In this document: piece after piece, positions 13,720 through 25,074 of the stretch
How the letters are laid out: every line of letters begins with the position of its first letter
Position numbering within the stretch: the stretch's first letter is position 1
Origin: Hemiscyllium ocellatum
Lineage: Eukaryota
NCBI RefSeq assembly: GCF_020745735.1
Contig: NC_083436.1
Location: 3,867,299-3,931,298 of the forward strand
Length of the DNA stretch: 64,000 nt
Reading direction: 5' to 3'
The notes under the pieces: generated by a model
Told to the model about the DNA's origin: nothing
The model's database searches: none
Seen by the model: the letters and a program-made list of their open reading frames with translations, nothing else
Position numbers and translations under genes: made by a program

Positions 13720-14275
13720 TGGCCTCGTCAGGTCCAGAGTGTGGCATTGGCTGGATTCACGGATCAGGACTTTGGCAGTTGGCTAGAGGTCAGGGGTGCG
13801 ATAGCAGCCAGGAACCTGGATCGGGACTTTGATAGTCAGAAATCAAGCCCTATGTGGGAATAGCGATCCCAATATGTTGATGAGGGAGGTCCCCAGGCAT
13901 CTATGGTAGCAACGAGAACAGGCAGCTCAAGGTCTCCCAGAGAGTGGGCCAAAGCACAGGAGATTGAGTTGCTGTAGGAGTGCAAACTCAGCATGGCTAA
14001 GCTCTTAAAACACTGTTGTACTTTTAAATTTCTTTACTTTTCTACTTAATACTAAGAAGGACTATGTTTTAACTTTTAATTTTATTTCTTTATGTTTCTA
14101 CTTTATACTTGGACACATAGTAATGTCTAATTTTTAACTTTGTTTCTTTACTTCTCTACTTTGAACCTAAGAATTTGTACCTTGGTATCTTTGTATCTAA
14201 AATGGCACCAGGAATGGAAACTTTGTACTCATGTCCTTCTGTACTTGAATACATGTGACAATAATTTCTATTTCT
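13720..14275 (+). mobile_element. Unclassified non-coding interspersed element with a Rex/Babar-like tail (copy 1)
   Basis: GC-rich body, T-rich segment, CCTAAGAATTTGTACC-TGGTATCTTTGT, ending TACATGTGACAATAA. Homologous to 45590-45796. Confidence 0.5.
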
Positions 14276-14289
14276 AATTCTTCCTAAAT

Positions 14290-17200
14290 GTAATGTGGGT
14301 TTCTGCCACAATCAGCCTTATAGGCAGTGAGTTCCAGATTCCCACCATCCTCGAGTGAAAGAGACTTTCCTCACATCTCCTCTTCAGACCTCCTGCCCCT
14401 TACGTTACACCTCAGCCACCTATTATTGATCCATCCATCAAAGGGAAAAGTCATTTTATACACCTCAATCATGTCATCCCTCAGTCTTCTTTGCTTCAAA
14501 GAAAACACCCCTCTCCATTTTGACAGAGCGGCGAGGAGAGAAGGTGAGGTGAAGCGAGGACTGCAAGGAAGGGTAAGTTTTCCCACTTAAAAGGGGACTT
14601 ACCTTGGGAGTCGGGCCTCCATTTTGACAGAGCGGTGAGGAGAGAAGGTGAGGTGAAGCGAGGGCTGCCGGGAAGGTAAGGGCTTAATTTATATTTGTGC
14701 GGTGGCTTAACCTGAGATACTACACGTGTAGTATCTCCCTCCCGCCCCCCTCCTCTAACCAGAAGAAAAAGACTCTGTTAGGTAAGGCTTTTATTTCTTT
14801 CTTATCATTATTTTTCATATATTTAAGTGCATTGTTTGATTTTAGTTAGTTCATATAAAGCTAAGCTTACAATGGCAGGGAACCTCAGACCCATGGCATG
14901 TGCCTCTTGCTTGATGTGGGAGCTCAGGAACGTGACTGACATTCCTGGCTCTTACACTTGCAAGAAGTGTGTCCAGCTGCAGCTGTCTGACCGCATGACG
15001 GCTCTGGAGCTGTGGATGGACTCACTGTGGAGCATCCGTGATGCTGAGGAGGTTGTGGATAGCACGTTTAGTGAACTGGTCACACAGCAGATTAGAGTTG
15101 CTGAGGGAGACAGTGAATGAGTGACCAAAAGACAGAAAAAGAATAGGAAGGCAGTGCAGGTGTCCTCTGCAGTCATCTCCCTCCAAAACAGGTATACCGT
15201 TTTGAATACTGTTGGGGGAGATGGTTCACCAGGCGAGGGCAGCAGTTGCCAAGATCATGGCACCGTGGCAGGCACTGCTGTTCAGAAGGGCGGGAAAATG
15301 ACTCATAGGGCCATAGTCATATGGGATTCTATTGTGAGGGGAGTAGATGGGCAGTTCTGTGGCCCAAAACAGGACTCCCGGATGGTATATTGCCTCCCAT
15401 GAGCTTGGGTCAGGGATGTCACTGATCGGCTGCAAAGCATTCTAAAAGGGGAGGATGAACAGCCGGTTGCCTTGGTGCATATAGGCACCAACGATATAAG
15501 TAGAAAATGAGATGAGGTCCTGAAAGAAGAATTCAGGGAGCTAGGAGTGAAGTTAAATAGGAGGACCTCAAAAGGTAGTGATCTCAGGATTACTACCAGT
15601 GCCACATGCTAGCCAGCATAGAAATGAAAAAATAGTTAGGATGAACACGTGGCTTGAGAGATGGTGTAGGAGGGAGGGGTTCAGATTTGTTGGACATTGG
15701 GACCAGTTCTGGGGAAGGTGGGACTATTAAAAAATAGAGGGTTTACATCTGAACCAGACCAGAGCCAATGTCCTTGGGGGAGTTTTTGCTACTGCTGTTG
15801 GGGAGGTTTTAAACTATTGCGGCAGGGGACTGGGAACCAGAAAAGAAAACAAGTAGGCAGCGAGGTGGAGACTGCAGACTGTAAGAATCATGAAGATAGC
15901 ATTAATAAAGGGAAGAGTAGGCAGAGAGTGGATAAGCGCAAAAGAACTGATGGCCTGAAATGAATCTACTTTAATGCAAGGTGTATTGTGTGCAAGGCAG
16001 ATGAACTTAGCACTTGAATTGGAACCTGGGAGTATGACATTTTTGCAATCACAGAAACTTGGTTGAAGGAAGGGCATGATGATCGGCAACTAAATGTTCC
16101 AGGATATAGACACTTCAGACAGGACAGGGAGGGAAGTAAAATAGGGGGGTTGGAGTTGCATTGCTGGTCAGGGATGATATCACAGCTGTGCTAAAGGAGG
16201 ACACTATGGATGTAGTAGGTAGTGAGGCATTATGGGTGGAGCTGAGAAATAAGAAGGGTGCAGTTACACTGTTAGGGCTGTATCACAGGCCTCCCAACAG
16301 TGAGAGTGAGGTAGAAGAACAAATAGGTAAACACATTATGGAAAGATGTAGAGGCAACAGGGTAGTGGTGATGGGAGATTTTAATTTTCCCAACATTGAC
16401 TGGGATACACTTAGCGTCAGTGGTCTGGACGGGATAGAATTTGTAAGAAGCTTCCAGGAGAGTTTGCGAGAGCAGTATGTCAATAGTCCGACAAGGGAAG
16501 GGGCCATATTGGACCTGGCACTGGGGAACAAGCCAGGACAGGTGGTAGTAGTGGCACTGGGGGGTTTCTTTCGGAACAGTGACCACAATCCTGTAAGTTT
16601 TAGAATACTCGTAGATAAAGATGAGAGTGGTCCTAAGAAAAGAGCACTAAACTGGGCCAAGGCCAAATCTATCAAAATTAGGTAGGAGCTCAGAAATGTG
16701 CATTGGACACAACTATTTGAAGGGAAGTTCACATTTGATATGTGGAGGACTTTCAAAGATAGTTTAAAGATAGTGCAGGATAGGAACGTTCCGATGAAGG
16801 CAAAGGATAGGAAGGGCAAGATTCATGAACCGTGGATGACAGGAAAAATTGTACAACTAGCCAAGAGGAAAAGGGAAGCATACATAAGGTCGAGGCAGAT
16901 AAGAAGAGCATAGGTCCTGGAGGAATAGCAGAAGAGTAGGACAAGTCTTAAACGAGGAATCAAGCTGGCTAAAAGAGGTCATGAAATAGATTTAGCTAGC
17001 AGAATTAAGGAGAATCCCAAAGCATTTTATTCTTATATAAGAAGCAAGCGGGTAACTGGAGAAAGGATTAGTCCACTAATGGATAATGAAGGAAGACAGT
17101 GTGTCAAACCTGAGAGAATGGGTGAGATTCTAAATGATTACTTTGCATCAGTGTTCACTGAGGAGAGGAACATGAATCTTGAAATTAGAGGTAGAAGTTT

Positions 17201-19075
17201 GATTAGTCTGGATCACATTGGCATTAGTTGGGAAGATGTTTTGGGTAGGCTAGAGGTTATTAAGGTGGACAAATTCCCAGGAGCGGATGGGATCTATCCC
17301 AGGTTGCTAAGGGAGGCGAAAGAGGAAATAGCTGGGGCCCTGACAGATATCTTTGTGGCATCCTTAAATACAGGTGAGGTACTGGAGGACTGGAAGGTTG
17401 CTCTGTTGTCCCCTTGTACAAGAAGAGTAGTAGGGATATTCCAGGTAACTACAGACCAGTGAGCCTGATGTCAGTGTTTGGTAAGTTGTTGGAGGGTGCT
17501 GAAGGATAGGATCTATTTATATTCAGAAAAGAATGGGCTTATCAGTGATAGGCAACATAGTTTTGTGTGGGGGAGATTGCCTTACTAACTTAATAGAGTT
17601 CTTCGAGGAAGTGACTAAGTTGATAGATGAAGGAAGGGCTGTTGATGTCATATACATGGACTTTAGTAAGGCATTTGATAAGGTTTCCCATGGTAGACTA
17701 ATGGAGAAAGTGAAGTCACATGGTGTGTAGGGTGTTCCAGCTAGGTGGATAAAGAACTGGTTGAGCAACAGGAGACAGAGTAGTAGTAGTTGAAGGGAGT
17801 TTCTCGAAATGGAGAAAGGTGACCAGTGGTGTTCCACAGGGGTCAGTGTTGGGGCCACTGTTGTTTGTGATATACATAAATGATCTGGAAGAGGGCACTG
17901 TTGGTAAGATCAGCAAGTTTGCAGATGACACAAAGATTTGTGGAGTAGCAGAAAGCATAAGGGGCTGTCAGAGAATACAGGAGGATATAGATAGATTGGA
18001 GAGTTGGGAGGAAAAGTGGCAGATGGATTTCAATTCAGACAAATGTGAGGTGATGCATTTAGGCAAGACTAATTCTAGAGCGAATTATTCAATGAATGGA
18101 AGAGCCATGGGAAAAGTTGATGGGCAGAAAGATCTGGGAGTGCAGGTCCATTGTACCCTGAAGCTGCTGCACAGGTAGATAGAAATGGTCAAGAAGGCAT
18201 ATAGTATGCTTGCCTTCATTGGATGGGGTGTTGGGTAGAAGAGCTGGCAAGTCATGGTAAAATTGTACAGAACGTTGGTTCGGCTGCATTTGGAATACTG
18301 TGTACAGTTCTGGGCGCCACATTACCAAAAGGATGTGAACACTTTGGAAAGGGTGTAGAGAAGGTTTATGAGGATGTTGCCTGGTATGGAAGGTGCTAGC
18401 TATCAAGAAAGGTTGAGTAGGTTAGGTTTATTTTCACTAGAAAAAAGGAGATTGAGGGGGGACCTGACTGAGGTTTACAAAATCATGAAGGGTTTAAACA
18501 GGTTGGAGAGAAGCAAGCTTTTTCCTAGGGTGAAGGATTCAGTAACAAAAGGTCACGGTTTCAAGGTGAGAGGTGGAAAGTTTAAGGGGGATACACACAG
18601 CAAGTACTTCACACAGAGGGTGGTGGGCATCTGGAACACGTTGCAAGCAGAGGTGGTAGAGGCAAGCATGGCAGATTCAATTAAGATGCGTCCAGACAGA
18701 TGCATGAGTAGGTGGGGAGCAGAGGGATACAGATGCTTAGGAATGGACTGACAGGTTTAGACAATACATTTGGATCGGCTCAGGCTTGGAGAGTCGAAGG
18801 GCCTGTTCCTAGGCTGTAAATTTTCTTTGTTCTTTGTTCTATCCAATCTCTCTTCATAACAAACTCTCTAGGACAGGCAACATCCTGATAAATTGCCCAG
18901 CTCCTTCCCAGTGCAATCATATCCCTCCGATAATGTGGATTGCACACAATACCCTACATTCACCCTAACCAGCATTTTATACAGTTGCCACATAGCCTCC
19001 TTACATTTAAACTTAAGACCCTGGCTAATGAAGACGAGTATCCCACATGTCCTCTTAGTCACTTCATCTCCCTGA
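14290..19075 (-). mobile_element. Older CR1 3' fragment split by the full-length CR1 (pieces 14290-14510 and 18841-19075)
   Basis: FSLKQRRLRDDMIEVYKM on the left piece continues from LYKMLVRVNVGYCVQ on the right piece. Confidence 0.8.
14511..18840 (+). mobile_element. Near full-length CR1 LINE (5' UTR, ORF1 zinc-finger plus SGNH esterase, ORF2 APE-RT, 3' UTR), inactivated
   Basis: ORF1 from 14872: CASCLMWE...CKKC, IVIWDSIVRG, VHIGTNDI. ORF2: ITETWL, YHRPPNS, VMGDFNFPNIDW, SDHN, DFSKAFDKV, VPQGSVLGPLLF, KFADDTK. Several stops and frameshifts. Tail (TTCTTTG)n. Confidence 0.95.
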
Positions 19076-20228
19076 TCATCATTCAGATATACTTGCTGAC
19101 AAGCAAACATACAGACAAGGAAGTTGATGAACTATGTAATACTGAAAAACATTAAGGATGGTGACGGTGAAGGTTGCTAATTAGGAAATTATATAGTACA
19201 ATAGCTCTGGTGGTTCGGCACTGGCAACTGTAGAATTCAGACAATCATTTAGTCCTGGCTTGGTATCTTTAAACTAATAGGTTAATCCTGATTGGACAGG
19301 AGAGTGGGAAGAGCAATTGGATTAGAAAAACAAAAAAGGCCAAACAATGGTAGACTTTTGCAAAAGGACATAACTCATGATAACTCATGATAATTTAATT
19401 GAAATACATGACTGAAATAAATAAATGAATTTATTTCCAAGAATGTTTGCCAAGAATTTGCATTTCTATATACTGGTTAACAATAAATTTAAGCAGGAGA
19501 AAGTGAGGACTGCAGATGCTGGAGATCAGAGCTTAAAAATGTGTTGCTGGAAAAGCGCAGCAGGTCAGGCAGCATAAAAAAAACAGGAGAATCGAAGTTT
19601 CGGGCATAAGCCCTTCTTTAGGAATGAGGAGGGTGTGCCAAGCAGGCTAAGATAAAAGGTAGGGAGGAGGGACTTGGGGGAGGGGCGCTGGGAATACGAT
19701 AGGTGGAAGGAGGTTAAGGTGAGAGTGATAGGCCGGAGAGAGGGTGGGGGCGAAGAGGTCGGGAAGAAGATTGCAGATCAAGAAGGCGGTGCTGAGTCCG
19801 AGGGTCGGGATGAGAAAAGGTGGGAGGAGGGGAAATGAGAAAGCTGAAGAAATCTGCATTCATCCCTTGTGGTTGGAGGGTTCCTAGGCGGAAGATGAGG
19901 TGCTCTTCCTCCAGGCGTCGTGTTGCCACAGTCTGGCGATGGAGGAGGCTAAGGACCTGCATGTCCTTGGCTGAGTGGGAGGGGGAGTTAAAGTGTTCAG
20001 CCACGGGGCGGTTGGGTTGGTTGGTGCAGGTGTCTCAGAGGTGTTCTCTGAAACATTCGGCAAGTAGGCAGCCTGTCTTCCCAATGTAGAGGAGGCCACA
20101 TCGGGTGCAGCGGGTGCAGTAAATGATGTGTGTGGAGGTGCAGGTGAATTTCTGACTGATATGGAAGGATCCCTTGGGGCCTTGGAGGGAAGTGAGGGGG
20201 GCGGTGTAGGCGCAAGTTTTGCAGTTTT

Positions 20229-20537
20229 GCACTGCTGCTTCACAGCGCCAGAGACTCGGGTTCATTTCCCGCCTCAGGCGACTGACTGTGTGGAGTTTTC
20301 ACGTTCTCCCCGTGTCTGCGTGGGTTTCTCCGGGTGCTCTGGTTTCCTCCCACAATTCCAAAGATGTGCAGGGCAGGTGAATTGGCCATGCTAAATTGCC
20401 TGTAGTGTTAGGTAAGGGGTAAATGTAGAGGTATGGGTGAGTTGCGCTTCGGTGGGTTGGTGTGGACGTGTTGGGCCAAAGGGCCTGTTTCTACACTGTA
20501 AGTAATCTAATCTAATCTAATCTAATCTAATCTAATC
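20229..20537 (+). mobile_element. HE1 SINE, slightly 5'-truncated, inserted in the Penelope element
   Basis: B-box GGTTCATTTCCC, V-domain GTGTGGAGTTT..ACGTTCTCCCCGTGTCTGCGTGGGTTT, CR1-type 3' end and (TCTAA)n tail. Confidence 0.92.
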
Positions 20538-20630
20538 ATTTATTGTGGTTGCAAGGGAAGGTGCCAGGAGTGGAGGTTGGGTTGGTGGGGGGGTATGGAT
20601 CTGACGAGGGAGTCACGGAGGGAGTGGTCT

Positions 20631-20691
20631 TTGTTGTGGTTCTGTTCGCCGAGCTGGGAATTTGTGTTGCAGACGTTTCGTCCCCTGTCTA
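20631..20691 (-). mobile_element. Penelope family C terminal fragment (half hammerhead)
   Basis: The reverse complement TAGACAGGGGACGAAACGTCTGCAACACAAATTCCCAGCTCGGCGAACAG is colinear with 61030-61075. Confidence 0.6.
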
Positions 20692-21469
20692 TGGGAATAT
20701 GGAATGGCATTTCTCCAGGGGACAGGGTGGCAGGAGTATTGGAATTGGTCCTCCTGGGAGCAGATGCGGCTAAGGCGAAGGAATTGGGAATATGGGATGG
20801 CGTTTTTACAGAGGGCAGGGTGGGTGGAAGATGAGGTGAATTTGACCCATTTGGCTTAATTATACAAGTGTAGTAACATCTTGTGTAGATTGGTTGGTAC
20901 GGTGAAATGAGGAATTCTGACCATTTCTAATAAATTATCAAAAGGTTACGATGGTGATTGGGACAATGTGGATGCTGCTGATCATATTTAATATCCCAGG
21001 CATATATGCTGAGAACCAGTCATTTCTAAACAATGTGCTACAGTAAGCATTCTCCAGCCAAATCCTTCAATTGCCAAACTAAAGAGATTACCTTAACAGA
21101 TTCTTGTCCTCTGTTGACCTCTCCCCATCTACTTATCAATTTCATTATTGGAATCTGTTCCTCCTAATGTGACTGAGATTCTCTAACAGTGGCTACACTG
21201 CAATTGTGCTATAGAGCTCAAACCCATATTAAAACCAGCTCCATAACTGCCTTGATGGTTGAGTTCTGCAACAGATGGCACACTGATCCACACAGATGAC
21301 ATGTCCCACTTGCAAGCTGTGCTTTTGTGTTCATCTCTGTCAGGATGAAACCAACTTGGGAACCTGCTCCTGATTTCCATCAACTGCCCCCTGCTTGGTA
21401 GTGAGTGTATGGCTGCTTTGAGACCAATGTCACCTGCAAGTTTTCTTCCCGTCTGGCCGCCTTCTCCAA

Positions 21470-21955
21470 AAAAAATGTGCAGGTTAGGTGAATTGGCCAT
21501 GCTAAATTACCCGTAGTGTTAGGTGAAGAGGTAAATTTTTCTTTAGATTAGATTAGACTTAGTGTGGAAACAGGCCCTTCGGCCCAACAAGTCCACACCG
21601 ACCCGCCGAAGCGCAACCCACCCATACCCCTACATTTACCCCTTACCTAACACTACGGGCAATTTAGCTTGGCCAATTCACCTGACCCGCACATCTTTGT
21701 GACTGTGGGAGGAAACCGGAGCACCCGGAGGAAACCCACGCAGACACGGGGAGAATGTGCAAACTCCACACAGTCAGTCGCCTGAGTCGGGAATTGAACC
21801 CGGGTCTACAGGCGCTGTGAGGCAGCAGTGCTAACCACTGTGCCACCGTGCCGCCCACAAATGTAGGGGAATGGATCTGGGTGGGTTGCGCTTCTGCGGG
21901 TCGGTGTGGACTTGTTGGGCCGAAGGGCCTGTTTCCACACTGTAAGTACTCTAAG
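21470..21955 (+). mobile_element. 5'-truncated HE1 SINE (21470-21536 and 21859-21955) split by an inverted HE1
   Basis: GGTAAAT|...|AAATGTAGGGG continuity across the insert, with an HE1 3' end GGGCCTGTTTCCACACTGTAAGT. Confidence 0.85.
21544..21858 (-). mobile_element. Full-length young HE1 SINE
   Basis: tRNA head GGGCGGCACGGTGGCACAGTGGTTAGC, B-box GGTTCAATTCCC, V-domain and TCTAA tail. CpGs are retained. Confidence 0.95.
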
Positions 21956-22509
21956 TAAAAGTGTTAAGAACTCAAAAGCTGGTTGAGAAGCTATGTCAGA
22001 ATCAGATCAAGATTTTCTGAAAATCAAAGAAGTACTACAACTGAAAAAACAGAGTGAATTTAATGTCTCTCTTGTCTCTGCTTTTGAAATTTGCTTGATT
22101 TTCTCATTGAAATCTCTTCTGCTTCTGAATACTGAAGACCCTAGATTATATTTGACTATAACTTCTCTCACATACTTTGAGAGGGGAAACTCTGTAATCC
22201 CTCTCTAGCCTCTAAACACTCTGTTTGGTGCTGCTCTCTCTCTCTTGTTCTCTATTAGATGAATAATCCTGGTGCCCATCTTGGAAACAACTGCCCAGTG
22301 GGAAATGACTGTAATCAAATCAACATCTATTGTCAGAATTAGATGGGTATTAGTGGGCAATCACACTCATCCTGACAGATTCCCATCTGGTGACTGAGGT
22401 TAAACTGAAGAGCGTGCACTTTTCCTTTCCTTTCTCATTCTTTCTAAATTTTTCTCTGTTATCTCCAAATACATCATTGTACAAAGCAGATTAGTGCATC
22501 ATCTTCAAT

Positions 22510-22950
22510 CACAGAGAAATAGTAAGTAATAGGGCTCTGCCTCTGGCCCCTTGAACCATTCCATGATGTCATAGCCAATAAGTCTTGGTCTTCTTTCCTG
22601 TCTACCTCTCACGATGCTGGTTCTGAACAAAAGATATATCGGACTCAATGATCCAGTCTTCAATACTCTCCAGGAAAGAGAATTCCAAACATCCTCTGGG
22701 AGAAGAACTTCCTCATCAATTCCATCTTAAATGGGAGACTCCCTATTTTTAAATTGTGCAACTTCCCCACAGGGAAATATCCTCTCAGCGTCTACCCTGT
22801 GGGGGTACCTCAGAATCTTTGTTTCAATTAGATCATGTCTTGTTTTTCAAAACCTCAATCAGGGTAGGCCCACTCTGCTCAAGCACACCTATGAAGGCAA
22901 AACCCCATCCCAGCAATCAGCTGATAGACTCTTCTCTGAATTGCAAATGC
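22510..22950 (-). mobile_element. Old CR1 3' fragment
   Basis: GAATTCCAAAC...GAAGAACTTCCTCATC..TCCATCTTAAATGGG pattern, shared with the other minus-strand CR1 tails. Confidence 0.6.
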
Positions 22951-24602
22951 AAACGGGTCTATCCTCTGTACATTACTTTATGTCCTATATTGTCACTAGC
23001 AAGAAATGTAGCATCTCATAAGATTAACCAAAGATTTAGATAGTTTGCAGTGAGTGAAACAACATAGGTTGCATATGGAAGGAAATGTAATACAACTTAA
23101 GTTTTCCTGTCTGACAATGATTAGCCCTGGAATTGCTGATAGAGCAAGAGATATTGAGAGACATCTAGTCAAAGTAGTAAGTGATAAACTTTATATTGAA
23201 CTACCAATTGATGGGAGTACTGAAGATCAGTGCAGGACAAATTGTGATATATGGACTCATCTGAGACCAAAGGGAAGTTTTAGTTTTGCTATTCTGACTC
23301 GCGATTGTTAACCAGCTACCTGTTCAAAATTTTAGACGAGTATATAACAGATTTTTAAAAAGTATTGCTTAAATTGTCATGTCAAAATTTGGATAGCTAG
23401 ATGAAAATGTAATTCCGGTTGCAATAGTATACTTGCTGCTCAAGGTAAACACTCTTCATAATATTGTCCATGGAGGCACTATTCTATACACAGCATCATT
23501 AACTGCTAACAGAATACAAAAATAACTGACACATATTAACCGCTACTTGCAAAGTTGTGAACTTGAGTAGTTCAACTACTGAATGCATTGGTCTTCTAAT
23601 GGCATATTAAGAAATGGGATTGTTGCAACAGAAATTTCTGTTTCAATTGACGTTGATAGCTCACTTAAAGTATACATTTGCTGCAAACTAAGTGCATTAT
23701 ATTTTCTAATTATCTCCAACTTATCCTTTCCTAACATTATCCTAGATTGGCTAGGCTAACAACCCTCAAAAGAAAACAAACAAAAACATGCTTTGACATT
23801 TCTACTTCAACCTGACAGGTCCACAATACTATAGAATATAATCTGAAAATGAATGCCCAAAGGAGGAGATTTTGTGATGGCTAACAATACTTGTTCAAAG
23901 ATGTTAGGTTTATGTTGGATCTTGATAGAGAAAAATGAGGAGATCTCAGGACCTGGAGCCAGGGTTACTCTAAGCCCTTTGACCCATCCCCTCAGTATGT
24001 CATGGCTGACCTTCTACCTCAGCTGCATCTTCCTGCATTTTTTATATGTCCCTAATTGTCTTCATATACAAAATCCTATTGATCAATCTACTACACCCAG
24101 GAATGTGTAACAAGCATCAAAGCTGTTTTGAAATGACAATACTGTTAGAACTTGGGAAACATGGTAGTCCATTGTGTGTAGCAAGATCACACTCTGGTGT
24201 GACAAAGATACCCCAGATCATCTTAACATGGCATTTGGAGTATTGCATGGCATTGACTTCTTTATTTAAGGAAGAATGTGAATGTGTTGAAAGCAGTTCA
24301 GAGAAGAGACGCAAGACTAGTATGTAGAAAGATAGTTTGTGCACATTAGCTGTTCAGCCACAGTTGCCATTTTCCTTTGGCTTTGCCTGCCTGGTCAGAA
24401 ATATGCCCCCTTCAAGATTAGAGGGGAACAAACTTTGAGAAAGTGTCAAGAGTCTGAGTGAAGTCACACCTTGTATGGAAGCACCTTTCCTCTCTATGAT
24501 TCTCGTCTTCAGTTCACAAGGAGAGACTGAAAGAAGCCAGAAGCGTTCTCCTGGGAGTGGAGAAGATTGGGGGCGGATTGAATCGAGGTGTTCAGAATCA
24601 TT

Positions 24603-24628
24603 GGGGTGGGGGGGGGGGGGGGGGGGGG
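24603..24628. repeat. Poly-G tract
   Basis: GGGGT followed by about 21 G. Confidence 0.95.
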
Positions 24629-24779
24629 TCATTCAATTGACTCAGTGATGGAAGGAGTCTTCCCAATGGTTGTAGGGTGTGTCCAGTAGGGCACATGGGA
24701 TTGAGGAGAATAAGATAAGGAACCAGAGGTGGGGGAGCAGGGGACAGACAGAGAGACGGATTGAGGGGAATGGGGTAAA

Positions 24780-24957
24780 GAACGTTACAATAGTTGAAAG
24801 ACATCTGGATGGGTACATAAATAGGAAGGGTTTAGATGGAGATGGCCCAATTGCTGGCAATTTAAATTGGATCAGTTTAGGATATCTGGTTGGCATGGAT
24901 GAATTGGACCGAAGGGTCTGTTTCCGTACTATATAACTCTATGACACTATGACTATA
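24780..24957 (+). mobile_element. CR1 3' end fragment
   Basis: ERHLDGYINRKGL, then GGACCGAAGGGTCTGTTTCCGT and a (CTATGA)-type tail. Confidence 0.8.
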
Positions 24958-25074
24958 ATGTCCAAAGTTAAAAAAAACCCAGAAATGAGCAGAATTTAGA
25001 GTGTGACAAAAGTGAATAATATTTAAATGTACTAAACAAAGCACAAACTATAATTGGGGGTACCTCATCATCTG

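Larger units (their letters stand above)
19496..20835 (-). mobile_element. Penelope-like element family B, 3' part (GIY-YIG plus terminal repeat), with nested insertions
   Basis: FTCTSTHIIYCTRCTRCGLLYIGKTGCLLAECFREHL and RRLEEEHLIFRLGTLQPQGMN. The terminal repeat holds a mutated HHR (CUAAAGA-A-GGGC-UUAU-GCCC-GAAAC) at about 19592-19625. Confidence 0.9.

Noticed and set aside
14598-14608. Perfect minus-strand donor AAG|GTAAGT within the CR1 5' UTR as a cryptic PDGFC exon
   Set aside because: No matching acceptor or exon could be supported, and such 9-mers occur by chance in 60 kb.
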